From assembly GCA_977020255.1 (NCBI GenBank), contig CDROCS010004142.1, positions 1 through 64,000 of the forward strand: a stretch of DNA of 64,000 bases, in the 5' to 3' direction. This document shows, in pieces, positions 52,025 through 61,546 of this stretch (the first letter of the stretch is position 1; each line of letters begins with the position of its first letter). Source of the stretch: Obrimoposthia wandeli. Taxonomy: Eukaryota. The translations under genes and the position numbers were made by a program. The notes beneath the pieces were generated by a model, which made no database searches, was not told the DNA's origin, and saw nothing but the letters and a program-made list of their open reading frames with translations.

Positions 52025-52498
52025 ATGGCATTAACTAAGCAAGACATTCAGGCGAGTTACCCTTTACCTGTATATAACTACAGAGTTGAAATAGGGGGTG
52101 TTGCAATAGGCTTTTCTGAGGTATCAGGATTAACCATCGCCTATGAAACTTTTACTTATAAAGAAAGCCCGACAGGTAGCGGCGTTGCAGGGCCTAGAGT
52201 GTTTAATATGCCCTCACAATCTCAGGCAATCACAGTGACTTTGAAAAAAGGTATCGTGCCAATTGAAAGCTTAAGTTATTTATATAACTGGATCAAAGAA
52301 ATACAAACAAATCAGGTTGAGAAAAAGGATTTGCTGGTGAGCTTGTGCAATGAAAGTGGAGACCCTGTTATTACTTGGAGCGTTAATAATGCATTTCCAA
52401 CGAAGCTGGAGGGGCCAACTTTTGATGCAAATTCTAACGATGCAGCAGTCGAAAGTATTGAGCTAATAGCAGATAGTATCAGTATGAGCGAAGGCTAA
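52025..52498 (+). CDS. eCIS tube protein (Afp1-like, gp19 family)
   Basis: YPLP.YNY.V, FSEVSGL, L.L..E.G.P...W....AFP.K..GP.FDA.SN..A.E. Confidence 0.93.
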   Translation: MALTKQDIQASYPLPVYNYRVEIGGVAIGFSEVSGLTIAYETFTYKESPTGSGVAGPRVFNMPSQSQAITVTLKKGIVPIESLSYLYNWIKEIQTNQVEKKDLLVSLCNESGDPVITWSVNNAFPTKLEGPTFDANSNDAAVESIELIADSISMSEG

Positions 52499-52503
52499 TC
52501 ACA

Positions 52504-52980
52504 GTGGCTGTCAGCAAAAGTGAGATAAAAAACACTTACCCTTTAGCCATATACAATTACCAGGTCTCAATTAGTGATGACAGTAACATTCCTAGTATTA
52601 GTTTTGCAGAAGTATCAGGGTTAGCCATGGAGTATGAGCCTATCGTTTACAAACATGGGATGAGTTTTTTGATGGGAGATTCGCTCATCGCAGGGATGCA
52701 ACAACCGGTAAGAATATCTTTACTCAAAGGCGTGGTAAAGGGTGGGAATTATTTATATGACTGGATTTATCAAAGCCATAATCAGCCTTACTATGCGAAT
52801 GATCAGCGCGATATCTTTATTGATTTATGTGATGAGAAAGGTGAGCCAATTATTAGATGGGTAGTGAGTAAAGCACTGCCTATAAAGCTTGAAGCGCCTA
52901 CCTTTGATGCGAATAGCTCACAAGTTGCAATTGAAAGTATGGAGTTACAAGCAGCGACAATAAAGGTGGAATATCTTTAA
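52504..52980 (+). CDS. Second eCIS tube-family protein
   Basis: Paralogous motifs YPL..YNY.V, F.EVSGL and P.KLEAPTFDA. Confidence 0.9.
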   Translation: MAVSKSEIKNTYPLAIYNYQVSISDDSNIPSISFAEVSGLAMEYEPIVYKHGMSFLMGDSLIAGMQQPVRISLLKGVVKGGNYLYDWIYQSHNQPYYANDQRDIFIDLCDEKGEPIIRWVVSKALPIKLEAPTFDANSSQVAIESMELQAATIKVEYL

Positions 52981-53000
52981 ATACATGACAGGAGGTAAGT

Positions 53001-53474
53001 ATGGCTCATGCAGCGGCTAAAACTTTAGGCCAAGTCCCATTATTAGGTTATCGATTTTCAGTTGTTATTTTCAGTGGTGGGATACTGCCAAACCCGATTG
53101 ATTTTAGGTTTAAGAAAGTCTCCGGTATCAGTGCCAGTGTATCCACCATGAATGTTGAAGAAGGAGGGCAAAATTTATATAGCCATCGTTTACCTGAAAA
53201 AGTGCAATATGAAAATTTAGTGCTAGAAAGGGGAATGCCACTGGTTTCTTCTTTGGGCGTTGAATTTAGTAATTCGCTTTCTCTGTTTCAATTTTACCCC
53301 TCTAATATACTGGTTTCACTCTTAGATGAGGCCGCCTTGCCTGTCTCTAGCTGGCTGTTTATAAAGGCTTACCCTGTTAGTTGGAGCTTGTCGGATTTAG
53401 ATGCTGAAGCTAATAGCATAGCGATTGAAACAATGGAATTAGCTTACGAGCGATTTCAGACAATAAGGTTGTAA
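53001..53474 (+). CDS. Afp5-like tube initiator protein
   Basis: D.RF.KVSG, EGGQN...H.LP....Y.NLVLERG and AYPV.W..SD.DA. Confidence 0.9.
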   Translation: MAHAAAKTLGQVPLLGYRFSVVIFSGGILPNPIDFRFKKVSGISASVSTMNVEEGGQNLYSHRLPEKVQYENLVLERGMPLVSSLGVEFSNSLSLFQFYPSNILVSLLDEAALPVSSWLFIKAYPVSWSLSDLDAEANSIAIETMELAYERFQTIRL

Positions 53475-53479
53475 ACAAA

Positions 53480-53641
53480 ATGCCTGTTGAAATAAGAGAG
53501 TTAGTGATAAGAGCCGTGGTCAACGATAGCTCATCAAGCAGTGAGACGCGTCAACAAATAGATGAAACTGAGCGGCAGCTGGTTATTCAAGAATGCGTGC
53601 GGGAAATAATGAAATTACTGGAAAAAAATAAAGGGCGGTAA
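53480..53641 (+). CDS. Afp6-like small protein (DUF5908), absent from the ORF track
   Basis: 53-aa MPVEIRELVIRAVV...ECVREIMKLL read by hand. Confidence 0.88.
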   Translation: MPVEIRELVIRAVVNDSSSSSETRQQIDETERQLVIQECVREIMKLLEKNKGR

Positions 53642-53646
53642 CTGAA

Positions 53647-54357
53647 ATGGATTTTAGTGACACTTTCAAACTTGAAAAACTAACGATTCAAGCGGTTGAG
53701 ATTAAAGAAGGTAAAAAAAACAGTCTAACGGGGGATGCATTTCAAGTAATGTTTAATCCGCAAAGTGTCGCTCAACGCATCGCTAATAAACTAATAAAAA
53801 CGCCATCAATTAATGAAAATTCTGCTGATGAAACCCAATTCGCGGGTGCCGAACCTGAAATCTTAGATTTATTGCTCACTCTAGATGGAACAGGAGTTAA
53901 AGATTATGCTGCTGCTTTAGGGTTAGGTGGGGCGAGTAAAACGGTAACAGAACAGATAAGTGAGTTTAAAAAGTTATGTTATGACGTGGATGGTGAAAAA
54001 CACGAACCCAATGTCGTGAATGTAAGATGGAATAAAGTGATTGACGCTAATTATCGATTGGGATCCGTCGATATAGTATATAAATCCTTTGCCAGAAATG
54101 GAGAACCCCTTCGAGCAGAGTTGAAAATATCATTTCTCAAATACTCTTCTGTTGTGAATGCCAGCAGCGCAATGTCGTCCCCTGATGTATCACATATTCA
54201 TAGGGTAAAAACAGGCGATACACTGCCTTTGTTAGCTAACAAAATTTATGGCTCACCCAAATACTACTTATTGATAGCAGCGGCTAATAACTTAGATAAT
54301 TTCAGATCTCTAGAACCCGGAACACAGCTTTCTTTTCCTCCATTACGCTCAAAATAG
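53647..54357 (+). CDS. Afp7-like tube initiator with LysM domain
   Basis: F.VMFNP, G.PLRA...ISF and H.VK.GDTLP.....IYG. Confidence 0.92.
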   Translation: MDFSDTFKLEKLTIQAVEIKEGKKNSLTGDAFQVMFNPQSVAQRIANKLIKTPSINENSADETQFAGAEPEILDLLLTLDGTGVKDYAAALGLGGASKTVTEQISEFKKLCYDVDGEKHEPNVVNVRWNKVIDANYRLGSVDIVYKSFARNGEPLRAELKISFLKYSSVVNASSAMSSPDVSHIHRVKTGDTLPLLANKIYGSPKYYLLIAAANNLDNFRSLEPGTQLSFPPLRSK

Positions 54358-54370
54358 AGAGATGAAATAG

Positions 54371-56020
54371 ATGGCACCTACAACAATAACAATCCAGAGC
54401 GAAGGTCAAGCACTCGCTACACACTATAAAATTATTAGCGTGGATGTGATTAAACAAGTAAATCGTATCCCTTGTGCAGAGATCGCTTTAGTTGATGGCA
54501 ATATCGCACAGCAGACGTTTGCGTTGAGTGAAGATGATTTTTTTGACTTAGGTAAAGAGATAGAGATCAAATTACGCCGGGAAGGCAGCGATGAATTTAC
54601 TGTCTTTAAGGGTTTAGTGAGCAAACAAAACATTGAAGCCAGCGAGCATGGTTCTCAATTGATCGTTAGTTTAGATGATATTGCTATTAAAGCGGCGCAA
54701 TTGCGCAACACTTGCCTGTATGAAGAGCAAACCGATGCGGACATTATCACTAGCCTGATCGAAAAACATAACTTGACGCTCGCCAGTATTGAGGCGACAG
54801 AGCCTGAACACCTGCAGTTAACACAGTACAACTGTACCGATTGGGATTTCATGCTTTTAAGAGCGCAGAGCCAAGGGTTAATCGTCAATGTTGATGATGG
54901 CGTAATGTCTGTTGTCGCCGTCGATTTAAGCCAGGACCCCCACTATAAGTTTGAATACGGGTTAAGTGGTGTACATGGAATTAAACGCTTTGAAATGCAA
55001 AATGATGCATTAGCTAATTATGAAGCACTTAAAACTCAACACTGGGATATGAGTTTGCAAGAGAGTAGTGGAATTGAAGCTAATGCAGATCTTGCATTAC
55101 AACAAGGCGCATTTTCGATTTCAAAAAATGCAGAGACATTTACCACCCAAGAACACTACTTACACGCACCAATCAGTTTAGATTCTCAAGAGGTGCAAGC
55201 TTGGTTAAATGGAAAAATCATTCGAAGTCGTCTTGCGCGCTTTAAAGGCAGTATTAGCGTGTCGGGTATCGGCGAGATAAAGCCATTAATAATGGTAGAG
55301 ATAAAAGGGTTAGGTTCAAGATTTAATGGCAAAGCCTTGGTGACTGGGGTTCGCCATCGAGTGAGTGTCTCACAAGGCTGGGTCAGCGATTTACAATTGG
55401 GGCTAAATGACAGCGATTTTGCTGCAAATACCGCCATTAATGATCATCCAGCAGCGGGGTTATTAACAGGAGTCAATAGTCTTTGTATTGGAAAAATCGC
55501 GCCTTTTGAAGAAGACCCCAAACAAGAGTTTCGTTTAAAAGTGCAACTGGTCGCCGTGGGTGAAAAACCTATTTCAATATGGGCAAGAATAGCCAATATG
55601 GATGCAGGTAAAACTCATGGTAGCTTTTTTTATCCAGATGAAGGAGATGAAGTAGTCGTAGGGTTTTTTAATCAAGACCCACGTCATGGCGTTATATTAG
55701 GCAGCATGTACAGCTCTGCCAGCCCACCTATTGAAGATTGGGGAACGCTTGATGAAGACAATTTTAAAAGAGGGTTTGTCACTAAATCAGGTAGTAGGAT
55801 TGAGTTCAGTGATGAAGCAGAAGCCAAAATATTGATCAAAACAGCGACAGAGAATCAAATATTACTCGATGATGAAGCCAAAGAAATTAGCGTAACAGAT
55901 CCACACGGCAATAGCATTGTCATGAGCGAAGCGGGAATCACCATCACCAGTTGTAAAGACTTGATTGTAAAAGCTGAAGGTAAGGTCAGTATTACCGGTG
56001 AAGAGGTTGACATTAAATAG
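54371..56020 (+). CDS. Afp8-like VgrG spike
   Basis: VNRIP.A.I...DG, QY.CTDWDF...RA and WAR.A..DAG...G.FF.P..GDEV.VGF...DPR...ILG. Confidence 0.94.
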   Translation: MAPTTITIQSEGQALATHYKIISVDVIKQVNRIPCAEIALVDGNIAQQTFALSEDDFFDLGKEIEIKLRREGSDEFTVFKGLVSKQNIEASEHGSQLIVSLDDIAIKAAQLRNTCLYEEQTDADIITSLIEKHNLTLASIEATEPEHLQLTQYNCTDWDFMLLRAQSQGLIVNVDDGVMSVVAVDLSQDPHYKFEYGLSGVHGIKRFEMQNDALANYEALKTQHWDMSLQESSGIEANADLALQQGAFSISKNAETFTTQEHYLHAPISLDSQEVQAWLNGKIIRSRLARFKGSISVSGIGEIKPLIMVEIKGLGSRFNGKALVTGVRHRVSVSQGWVSDLQLGLNDSDFAANTAINDHPAAGLLTGVNSLCIGKIAPFEEDPKQEFRLKVQLVAVGEKPISIWARIANMDAGKTHGSFFYPDEGDEVVVGFFNQDPRHGVILGSMYSSASPPIEDWGTLDEDNFKRGFVTKSGSRIEFSDEAEAKILIKTATENQILLDDEAKEISVTDPHGNSIVMSEAGITITSCKDLIVKAEGKVSITGEEVDIK

Positions 56021-56040
56021 CACTTTAAAGGGGACTTGTC

Positions 56041-56232
56041 ATGAAACGCATCACTTTAGATTTAAAGGTAGATGAAGCCAATTTAGTTTTAGAGGGGTTA
56101 GCGAACTTGCCTTTTATTAAAGTACATGAGCTGATCGCCAAAATCCATCAACAAGCCAGCACCCAAGTTGTTGATATTAAGACAGGTACTGAAAGTTTTA
56201 ATGAACAACCAGATAGCGTAATAGCGGGGTAA
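56041..56232 (+). CDS. Small eCIS-associated hypothetical protein
   Basis: 63 aa, AAGGGG RBS, in operon context. Confidence 0.7.
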   Translation: MKRITLDLKVDEANLVLEGLANLPFIKVHELIAKIHQQASTQVVDIKTGTESFNEQPDSVIAG

Positions 56233-56236
56233 ATGC

Positions 56237-56665
56237 ATGGCTGACTCATCTACATTTTTAGGAAAAGGCTGGGCTTTTCCTCCCTCTTTTGGTGCACAAG
56301 GTAAGCAAGTGGCAATGGTTGCAGAGGCTCAAAATATACATCAATCATTACAGGTTTTATTTGCAACAAGTATAGGAGAGCGGGTGATGTTGGAAAGTTA
56401 TGGATGTCGCTTGACTGACTTTATATTTGAAGAGATTGATCAGGGACTCGCCAATAACATCACCAGCATGCTGCAAAATGCGATCAACCACCATGAGCAA
56501 CGCGTTATCTTAGATAGCATTGAAGTGAGCCAACATGATGATGTGCAGGGGTTACTCAATATTAGTATGAGCTACACCATTCGCACAACGAACTCTAGAT
56601 ACAATATGGTATATCCCTTTTTCGTAAGTGAATCAAGAATGAGTAAGGTCACTTTAAATGTCTGA
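56237..56665 (+). CDS. Afp9-like gp25 baseplate wedge protein
   Basis: FLG.GW.FPP.F, T..GERVM...YG, E.RV and TNSRYNMVYPF. Confidence 0.94.
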   Translation: MADSSTFLGKGWAFPPSFGAQGKQVAMVAEAQNIHQSLQVLFATSIGERVMLESYGCRLTDFIFEEIDQGLANNITSMLQNAINHHEQRVILDSIEVSQHDDVQGLLNISMSYTIRTTNSRYNMVYPFFVSESRMSKVTLNV

Positions 56666-57083
56666 TTTTATTGTAGTAGATGGAGACAAAGCACTTTTTA
56701 TACCCAGTTTTGGAGCAGCCATTGTGGTGGTGCAACCTGGTTCTATAACCGGTAGTGGTGATGCTACATTTGCCAATAAAAAAATATGCATTGAAGGTGA
56801 TGAAGCGTCAGTGAGTGTCACAGGTTGCATGTATATGACGCCTCAATACTCAATACCCGGCTCAGGTACCATTACTATCGATTCTCTTAGCAATGATCAA
56901 GTGAGCCTTAAAACATCCACTAAAGCGACACTCATGATAATGGTAGGGGCTAATTTTGATGCGAAATTTAGTGTGCAAGTGCCAGCGCAACAACCGGGCA
57001 GTCCTCCTGTGCCAGACTCCACAGCGGATTATGCCGGTAAGGGCAGTTTCATTACCACCAACACTAAGTTTAAAGGGAGTTAG
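56658..57083 (+). CDS. Candidate non-canonical spike-tip (PAAR-like) protein
   Basis: 141 aa, Gly/Pro-rich beta-type sequence between gp25 and Afp11; no canonical PAAR gene after the spike. Confidence 0.5.
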   Translation: MSDFIVVDGDKALFIPSFGAAIVVVQPGSITGSGDATFANKKICIEGDEASVSVTGCMYMTPQYSIPGSGTITIDSLSNDQVSLKTSTKATLMIMVGANFDAKFSVQVPAQQPGSPPVPDSTADYAGKGSFITTNTKFKGS

Positions 57084-57085
57084 CG

Positions 57086-60000
57086 ATGCCGATTAGTTCG
57101 AATCAGCGGCCTATTTATAGGGATGGAACGAGTCAACCAAATCGTATAAAAGCAGCACTTTCTCCCGAGTCTGTTGCCATTGATGGGCGCACAACTAAAG
57201 AGTTATTACATTTCATAAGGCAGTTTTGTAGTCAAATAAATTATTTTAATGATGAGGGAATAATCAATGGCGATTGGCAAGAGTTTTTTCCAAAGAGTAT
57301 TGATTTAGATGATTTAATGGCCTTTATGGACGACCCAAGCACGGCCACGACTGTTCAACTGGCGCTGTATCAGCGCCCGCATTTCGTTTTATTATTAAGC
57401 TTTTTAGCGTTATTAAAACAAACACAATCAAAATTAAATACCATAAGTAAACGGCACATCGATTTTTATTATCAGCGTTTTTTAGGTTTAAGTAAACAGC
57501 CTGCACAAGCTGACCAGGTAAACGTATTAATTGAATTAGCAAAATACACTGAGCAGCATTATTTAAAGGCGGGAACTTTACTAAATGCAGGAAAAAGCGA
57601 AGCAGGTACTGCACTTATTTATGAGACACAAAAAGGCGCTTTTTTGAGCCAAGCACGGGTCGCTCGCTTAAGCAGTCTTTTTACTGATGTCGACTATGTA
57701 AATATCAGTAAGGCAAGAGATGATTATATTAAAAATAAACCCAGGGCAACGTCATTAGAAATACTGTTAATGATGCTGCAATTTGCTTTAGGTTATCCAG
57801 AACCTAACAATGCGTTACCTGATTACGAAGGTATATCTAGCGGCGAGCCTAGTGCACCGAGTATTGAGTTATTACGCGTTCTCAAAATACAGCTGGCATT
57901 TGTAGATAGAACAAGTGCTGGACTACATATGACCTTCACTGATTTCAATGAATTAATGCGATTAAAGAATCAACGCTTACCTGATCAGCAAGTTGAAGTC
58001 GATAGGCAGTTGCAAAGTGGTTTTACGCAAGACTGGAAGCAAATAAACAATGTTTTAGTGGAGATAGCGCGCGTAAAAGGCGTGGTGCTAAGTATTGCTG
58101 ATAATCAAATAACCGATTTTGATAAAAACTTACTTAAAGCTTTGAATAACAACGAGCTAGACTTTTCTGGATTGGTAGGCGTTAACAATATAACGGACTT
58201 GTATCACGAACGAACGCGTAATGATGCGAAAAATTTTGTTATTACAATGTTAGGAATTGAAGTGGAAAATAGTAGTGCTTCGCTGACATTTGTCAAAATG
58301 ATGCAGGTAAAAGTACGTATAGATTTACAGTGGGCGCGGATTAATTATTTATTAGAACAGGCGGCTTTAAATAAAAATAAAATCATTAATATTGATCCTC
58401 AACATTCTGATGCATTTCAAATTAATTTAGAAAAGCTACTGCTTAATGAAAATACAACATCTATTGATTGGCCGAATAACATCAATAGTATTGATGAATT
58501 ATATAGCGCATTACGTCAGTTAGAAAAATATTTCCACCTTGCGGCTTATGAGTTTAGTTATCTATTAAATATAATAGTCAGTGATAGTTTAAACCTAGAT
58601 GGCGTATCTGTTAGTTCAATACAGTGGGCGTCGATTGATAAAATTTTATTAAAAGCGGCAAAAGATAAACGCCATGAGCAGCGTGTTGAAATACTTAATA
58701 ACTTGTCTCAGTCAGCAAGCGCTTCTAACAAAGGCAGTGTGCAACAAATAATCGCGACCATGCTCAGCCATGTATTGTCCAAACCAGTAAAGGTGGAGCA
58801 ATTAGAGTCAGCATTCGCTGAAATTAAAACGTGGCTAAATGAGGATGATTTAAGTTATTTACGTCATTACATCAAGATAAACTCAACTGATATCCCTGAT
58901 TGGGGCAAGGTAGAGGCGATGTTGTTAGGTGCCTGGCAGCAGATTTTGGGCCCAGACATTCCTCAACTTATTCATTGGAAAAACCTATATGCTTTTGATG
59001 ATGCAAAAAAAGCTAACAAGTCTATTGCGCTAGATCAGGTGCAGGCAGAGCGCTGGGCTACCTTTGCGAGAAAAATTAAAGCCAGTGATGATATTGATCC
59101 TCAAAGTAGTGAATTTGGTTGGGCTATTAGCTCACCCATTTTGGTATTAAGTCAGGGGCAACGTGAAGTAAGGCTTACCTTAAACATAGAGCCATTAGTC
59201 ATCGATATTAAAAAAATCACTGAGGTTATTGCTCAACAGCCGTTTAAGTTGTTAGCCAGTACCACTGATGGTTGGATAGAGCCTGAGCAGCTGACATTAG
59301 AAGTAGTGATGGATGACAAAAATGAATCGCTAATAGCATTACATATTAAGCTAATTTTTTCTGCTCAAGCAGCGCCGATTATTTGTGTACCTAATGAAGA
59401 GGCACAAAACAACCCTAAGGTGCAGTGGCCTACGCTTAAAATTCTATTGCGCCATATCTTAATAACAAGCGATGCTCAAGAGGAGGGTGCTTCAAATAAT
59501 ACTGAGTCATCCCAAGTGCAATATCGAACTTATTATCAAGAATTTAAGCCACTGGTTTTAAATAGTATAAATGTTGAAGTAGCGGTGACAGGGTTAAAGG
59601 ATATTTACATTAGCAATGATGAAAAAACATTAGACATCAATAAGCCTTTTTATCCGTTTACGCAGCTCCCTGTTGTGGGAAGCCGATTTTATATAGTGCA
59701 TCAAGAATTGGTTTACAAAAAGCTAGATCAGATAGTCTTTAATGCACAGTGGATGGCGTTGCCAAAGGCTTTGGATGTCCATTACCATGGGTATCCTAGC
59801 TTAAATAGTTTAAAAGATGGAGAAGAAAACTTCACCGTAGAAGTCGCTATTAAAGATGAATATATAAAAGAGTCTATTATCTCTCCTATCTCTGTCATGT
59901 TATTAGAAAACGAGCTAAAAGTGGATCGCATTACCAGTACACAAGAGGCTTCTTACGATAGGGATTTATCTCTAAAACCTGCGGGTAGCGTTAAAAAGTG

Positions 60001-61534
60001 GGGCAGATATTTACAATGGGAACTCAATTCACCTGATTTTCAACATACAGATTATCCAGCACTGGCAGGGGCAAGTGCAACTCAGCTTGCCATAGATTTA
60101 GTCAATAAAAATGGCAAATTGGATAAAAAAGATTACTTAATAAATCCGCCTTATACACCTAAACTAAAAACGTTGAGCATAGATTATAAAGCCTCTGTCA
60201 TGATTGATGTCAATAGCTTTAGGGATGAGCAACATGCAGAGAGGATGTTTCACATACAGCCCTTTGGCTATGCTGAATATGCGCTAGAGAGCAATATAGA
60301 GCGCTATTTACTGCCACAATTTAACAACCAAGGTGAGCTCTATATTGGTTTAGAAAATGTCCTTTTACCGCAAAACTTAAGTGTGTTGTTACAAATGGCA
60401 GAAGGTAGCAGTGATGCCGACGTTAAGCCTCAAAGTGTTTCTTGGAGCTACCTTAGTGATAACCAATGGGTGGCGTTAGCAGGTGATAGCGTGATGAGTG
60501 ATGGCACTCGTGGCTTAATTAATTCAGGGATTATTGAGTTTGCATTAGTGGCGGTTAAAGCGAATACATTGCTACCTAATGACCTGTTTTGGTTACGTGC
60601 CAGCATTGAAAATAACACCCGAAGTGTTTGCGATATGGTAGCGGTGCATACACAAGCGGTACAAGCATCTTTTGTAATACCTGCGAGTATAGATCAAAAA
60701 AAACATGTATTGGCAGCTGATAGTATTAAAAAGCTATTGAAGGCAGAGCCACAAATAAAAAAAATAAAGCAACCCTATAGCTCTTTTGGGGGGCGCGAGA
60801 GCGAGCCAGATGAGGGGTTTTATCGGCGTATTAGTGAGCGTTTACGCCACAAAAATAGAGCGTTAAACCAATGGGATTATGAACATATAATTTTACAACA
60901 GTTTCCACAAATTTATAAAGTGAAATGCATTCCCGCTTCATTACTAAGCACTGATGAGCCAGTGGGAACGATTAAGTTAATCGTGATACCTGATATTCGC
61001 CAACGTTTTCCGTTTGATCCATTTGAGCCCAAAGTACCGGCAAATTTGATTTACAGCATCAATCAATTTTTAGCGGATAAAAAAGCTGCATCAGCAAAAA
61101 CCTTGGTGGCTAACGCTCAATACATCCCAGTAAAAGTCCAATTAGGGGTGAAGTTCCACTCAGGCTTTAATCCCGAATATTATCAACAACAACTTAATAA
61201 TCAGTTAAATCAGTTTTTATCACCTTGGGCTTATGAACAAGGGCGCGATATTGTCATTGGTGGAAAAATATACGCAAATAGCATTATTCATTTCATTGAA
61301 CAGCGTGAATACATTGATTACGTCACAGATATTAAATTGTTTAAAGGAATTGAGCAGCAGTCTGTAGAACCCGGGGATGCTGAAGGATATTTCGTTGAAG
61401 CAGATCAGGTGGACGCCGTTTTAGTAGGCGCTCAGCAGCATCAATTTGATGTGTTAGTCGATAAGGTTTTTCAAACAGAATCTTCAATTGGCATTAATTA
61501 CATGGAAATCGAATTAGATTTTCAGCTAGTTTAG
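57086..61534 (+). CDS. Afp11-like baseplate protein (1482 aa) with a large repeat insertion
   Basis: RDGTSQ..R, PH..L.L.FL, FYY...L, QP..SFGG..E, RISERLRHKNRA...DYE and NPWAY-like SPWAY. Confidence 0.93.
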   Translation: MPISSNQRPIYRDGTSQPNRIKAALSPESVAIDGRTTKELLHFIRQFCSQINYFNDEGIINGDWQEFFPKSIDLDDLMAFMDDPSTATTVQLALYQRPHFVLLLSFLALLKQTQSKLNTISKRHIDFYYQRFLGLSKQPAQADQVNVLIELAKYTEQHYLKAGTLLNAGKSEAGTALIYETQKGAFLSQARVARLSSLFTDVDYVNISKARDDYIKNKPRATSLEILLMMLQFALGYPEPNNALPDYEGISSGEPSAPSIELLRVLKIQLAFVDRTSAGLHMTFTDFNELMRLKNQRLPDQQVEVDRQLQSGFTQDWKQINNVLVEIARVKGVVLSIADNQITDFDKNLLKALNNNELDFSGLVGVNNITDLYHERTRNDAKNFVITMLGIEVENSSASLTFVKMMQVKVRIDLQWARINYLLEQAALNKNKIINIDPQHSDAFQINLEKLLLNENTTSIDWPNNINSIDELYSALRQLEKYFHLAAYEFSYLLNIIVSDSLNLDGVSVSSIQWASIDKILLKAAKDKRHEQRVEILNNLSQSASASNKGSVQQIIATMLSHVLSKPVKVEQLESAFAEIKTWLNEDDLSYLRHYIKINSTDIPDWGKVEAMLLGAWQQILGPDIPQLIHWKNLYAFDDAKKANKSIALDQVQAERWATFARKIKASDDIDPQSSEFGWAISSPILVLSQGQREVRLTLNIEPLVIDIKKITEVIAQQPFKLLASTTDGWIEPEQLTLEVVMDDKNESLIALHIKLIFSAQAAPIICVPNEEAQNNPKVQWPTLKILLRHILITSDAQEEGASNNTESSQVQYRTYYQEFKPLVLNSINVEVAVTGLKDIYISNDEKTLDINKPFYPFTQLPVVGSRFYIVHQELVYKKLDQIVFNAQWMALPKALDVHYHGYPSLNSLKDGEENFTVEVAIKDEYIKESIISPISVMLLENELKVDRITSTQEASYDRDLSLKPAGSVKKWGRYLQWELNSPDFQHTDYPALAGASATQLAIDLVNKNGKLDKKDYLINPPYTPKLKTLSIDYKASVMIDVNSFRDEQHAERMFHIQPFGYAEYALESNIERYLLPQFNNQGELYIGLENVLLPQNLSVLLQMAEGSSDADVKPQSVSWSYLSDNQWVALAGDSVMSDGTRGLINSGIIEFALVAVKANTLLPNDLFWLRASIENNTRSVCDMVAVHTQAVQASFVIPASIDQKKHVLAADSIKKLLKAEPQIKKIKQPYSSFGGRESEPDEGFYRRISERLRHKNRALNQWDYEHIILQQFPQIYKVKCIPASLLSTDEPVGTIKLIVIPDIRQRFPFDPFEPKVPANLIYSINQFLADKKAASAKTLVANAQYIPVKVQLGVKFHSGFNPEYYQQQLNNQLNQFLSPWAYEQGRDIVIGGKIYANSIIHFIEQREYIDYVTDIKLFKGIEQQSVEPGDAEGYFVEADQVDAVLVGAQQHQFDVLVDKVFQTESSIGINYMEIELDFQLV

Positions 61535-61546
61535 TGAGGAATAGTC

